The notes under the pieces were generated by a model, which saw only the letters and a list, made by a program, of their open reading frames with translations, made no database searches and had not been told where the DNA came from. A DNA stretch of 63,417 nucleotides. Source: Octopus bimaculoides. Lineage: Eukaryota. Positions within the stretch are counted from its first letter, which is position 1. Each line of letters opens with the position of its first letter. The stretch is from the NCBI RefSeq assembly GCF_001194135.2, contig NC_068993.1, forward strand, positions 47,939,720 through 48,003,136. The letters are read 5' to 3'. Positions 63,331 to 63,417 of the stretch are shown piece after piece. A program made the translations under genes and the position numbers.

Positions 63331-63417
63331 TATATATATGTATATATATGCAAGGATGTGTATGTTTATATATGTGTATATATATACGCATATATATGCG
63401 TATATATATATATATAT

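Noticed and set aside
1-63417. Long ORFs in the six-frame track (for example 6525-7715, 18411-19586, 38903-40118, 56502-57416)
   Set aside because: They consist of N-gaps and translated microsatellites (HT, YI, CV, LS, poly-N/T/L); no coding evidence.

Overview
AT-rich, repeat-saturated eukaryotic DNA from a gapped draft assembly: 27 N-gaps totalling about 8 kb, most of them bordered by microsatellites. The SINE families, microsatellite load and mix of LINE types look like an octopus (cephalopod) genome; this is inference from recalled repeat families, not a database result. I could not identify any host protein-coding gene, intact tRNA/rRNA or CRISPR array. The long ORFs in the track are artefacts of microsatellites and N-gaps. 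Supported content: (i) more than 20 tRNA-derived SINE copies from at least four families, some head-to-tail and one full-length with a 12-bp TSD; (ii) three R4/Dong-clade non-LTR fragments, each with one end against a TAA-type microsatellite; (iii) a 5'-truncated Tx1/L1-like 3' end inserted in (ATAC)n; (iv) remains of at least two Penelope-like element (PLE) lineages (RT and GIY-YIG); (v) mariner remnants; (vi) two palindromic MITE/foldback elements. The most unusual signal is a recurring set of minimal hammerhead-ribozyme-like motifs (CUGANGA...stem II...GAAA) in several unrelated short PLE-terminus-like repeats, one lying directly upstream of a PLE RT. All are degenerate as they stand, so activity is unproven. 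A few isolated splice/promoter-like signals hint at a sparse + strand transcript but are weak. Repeat coordinates are read by eye and approximate to about 10 bp.
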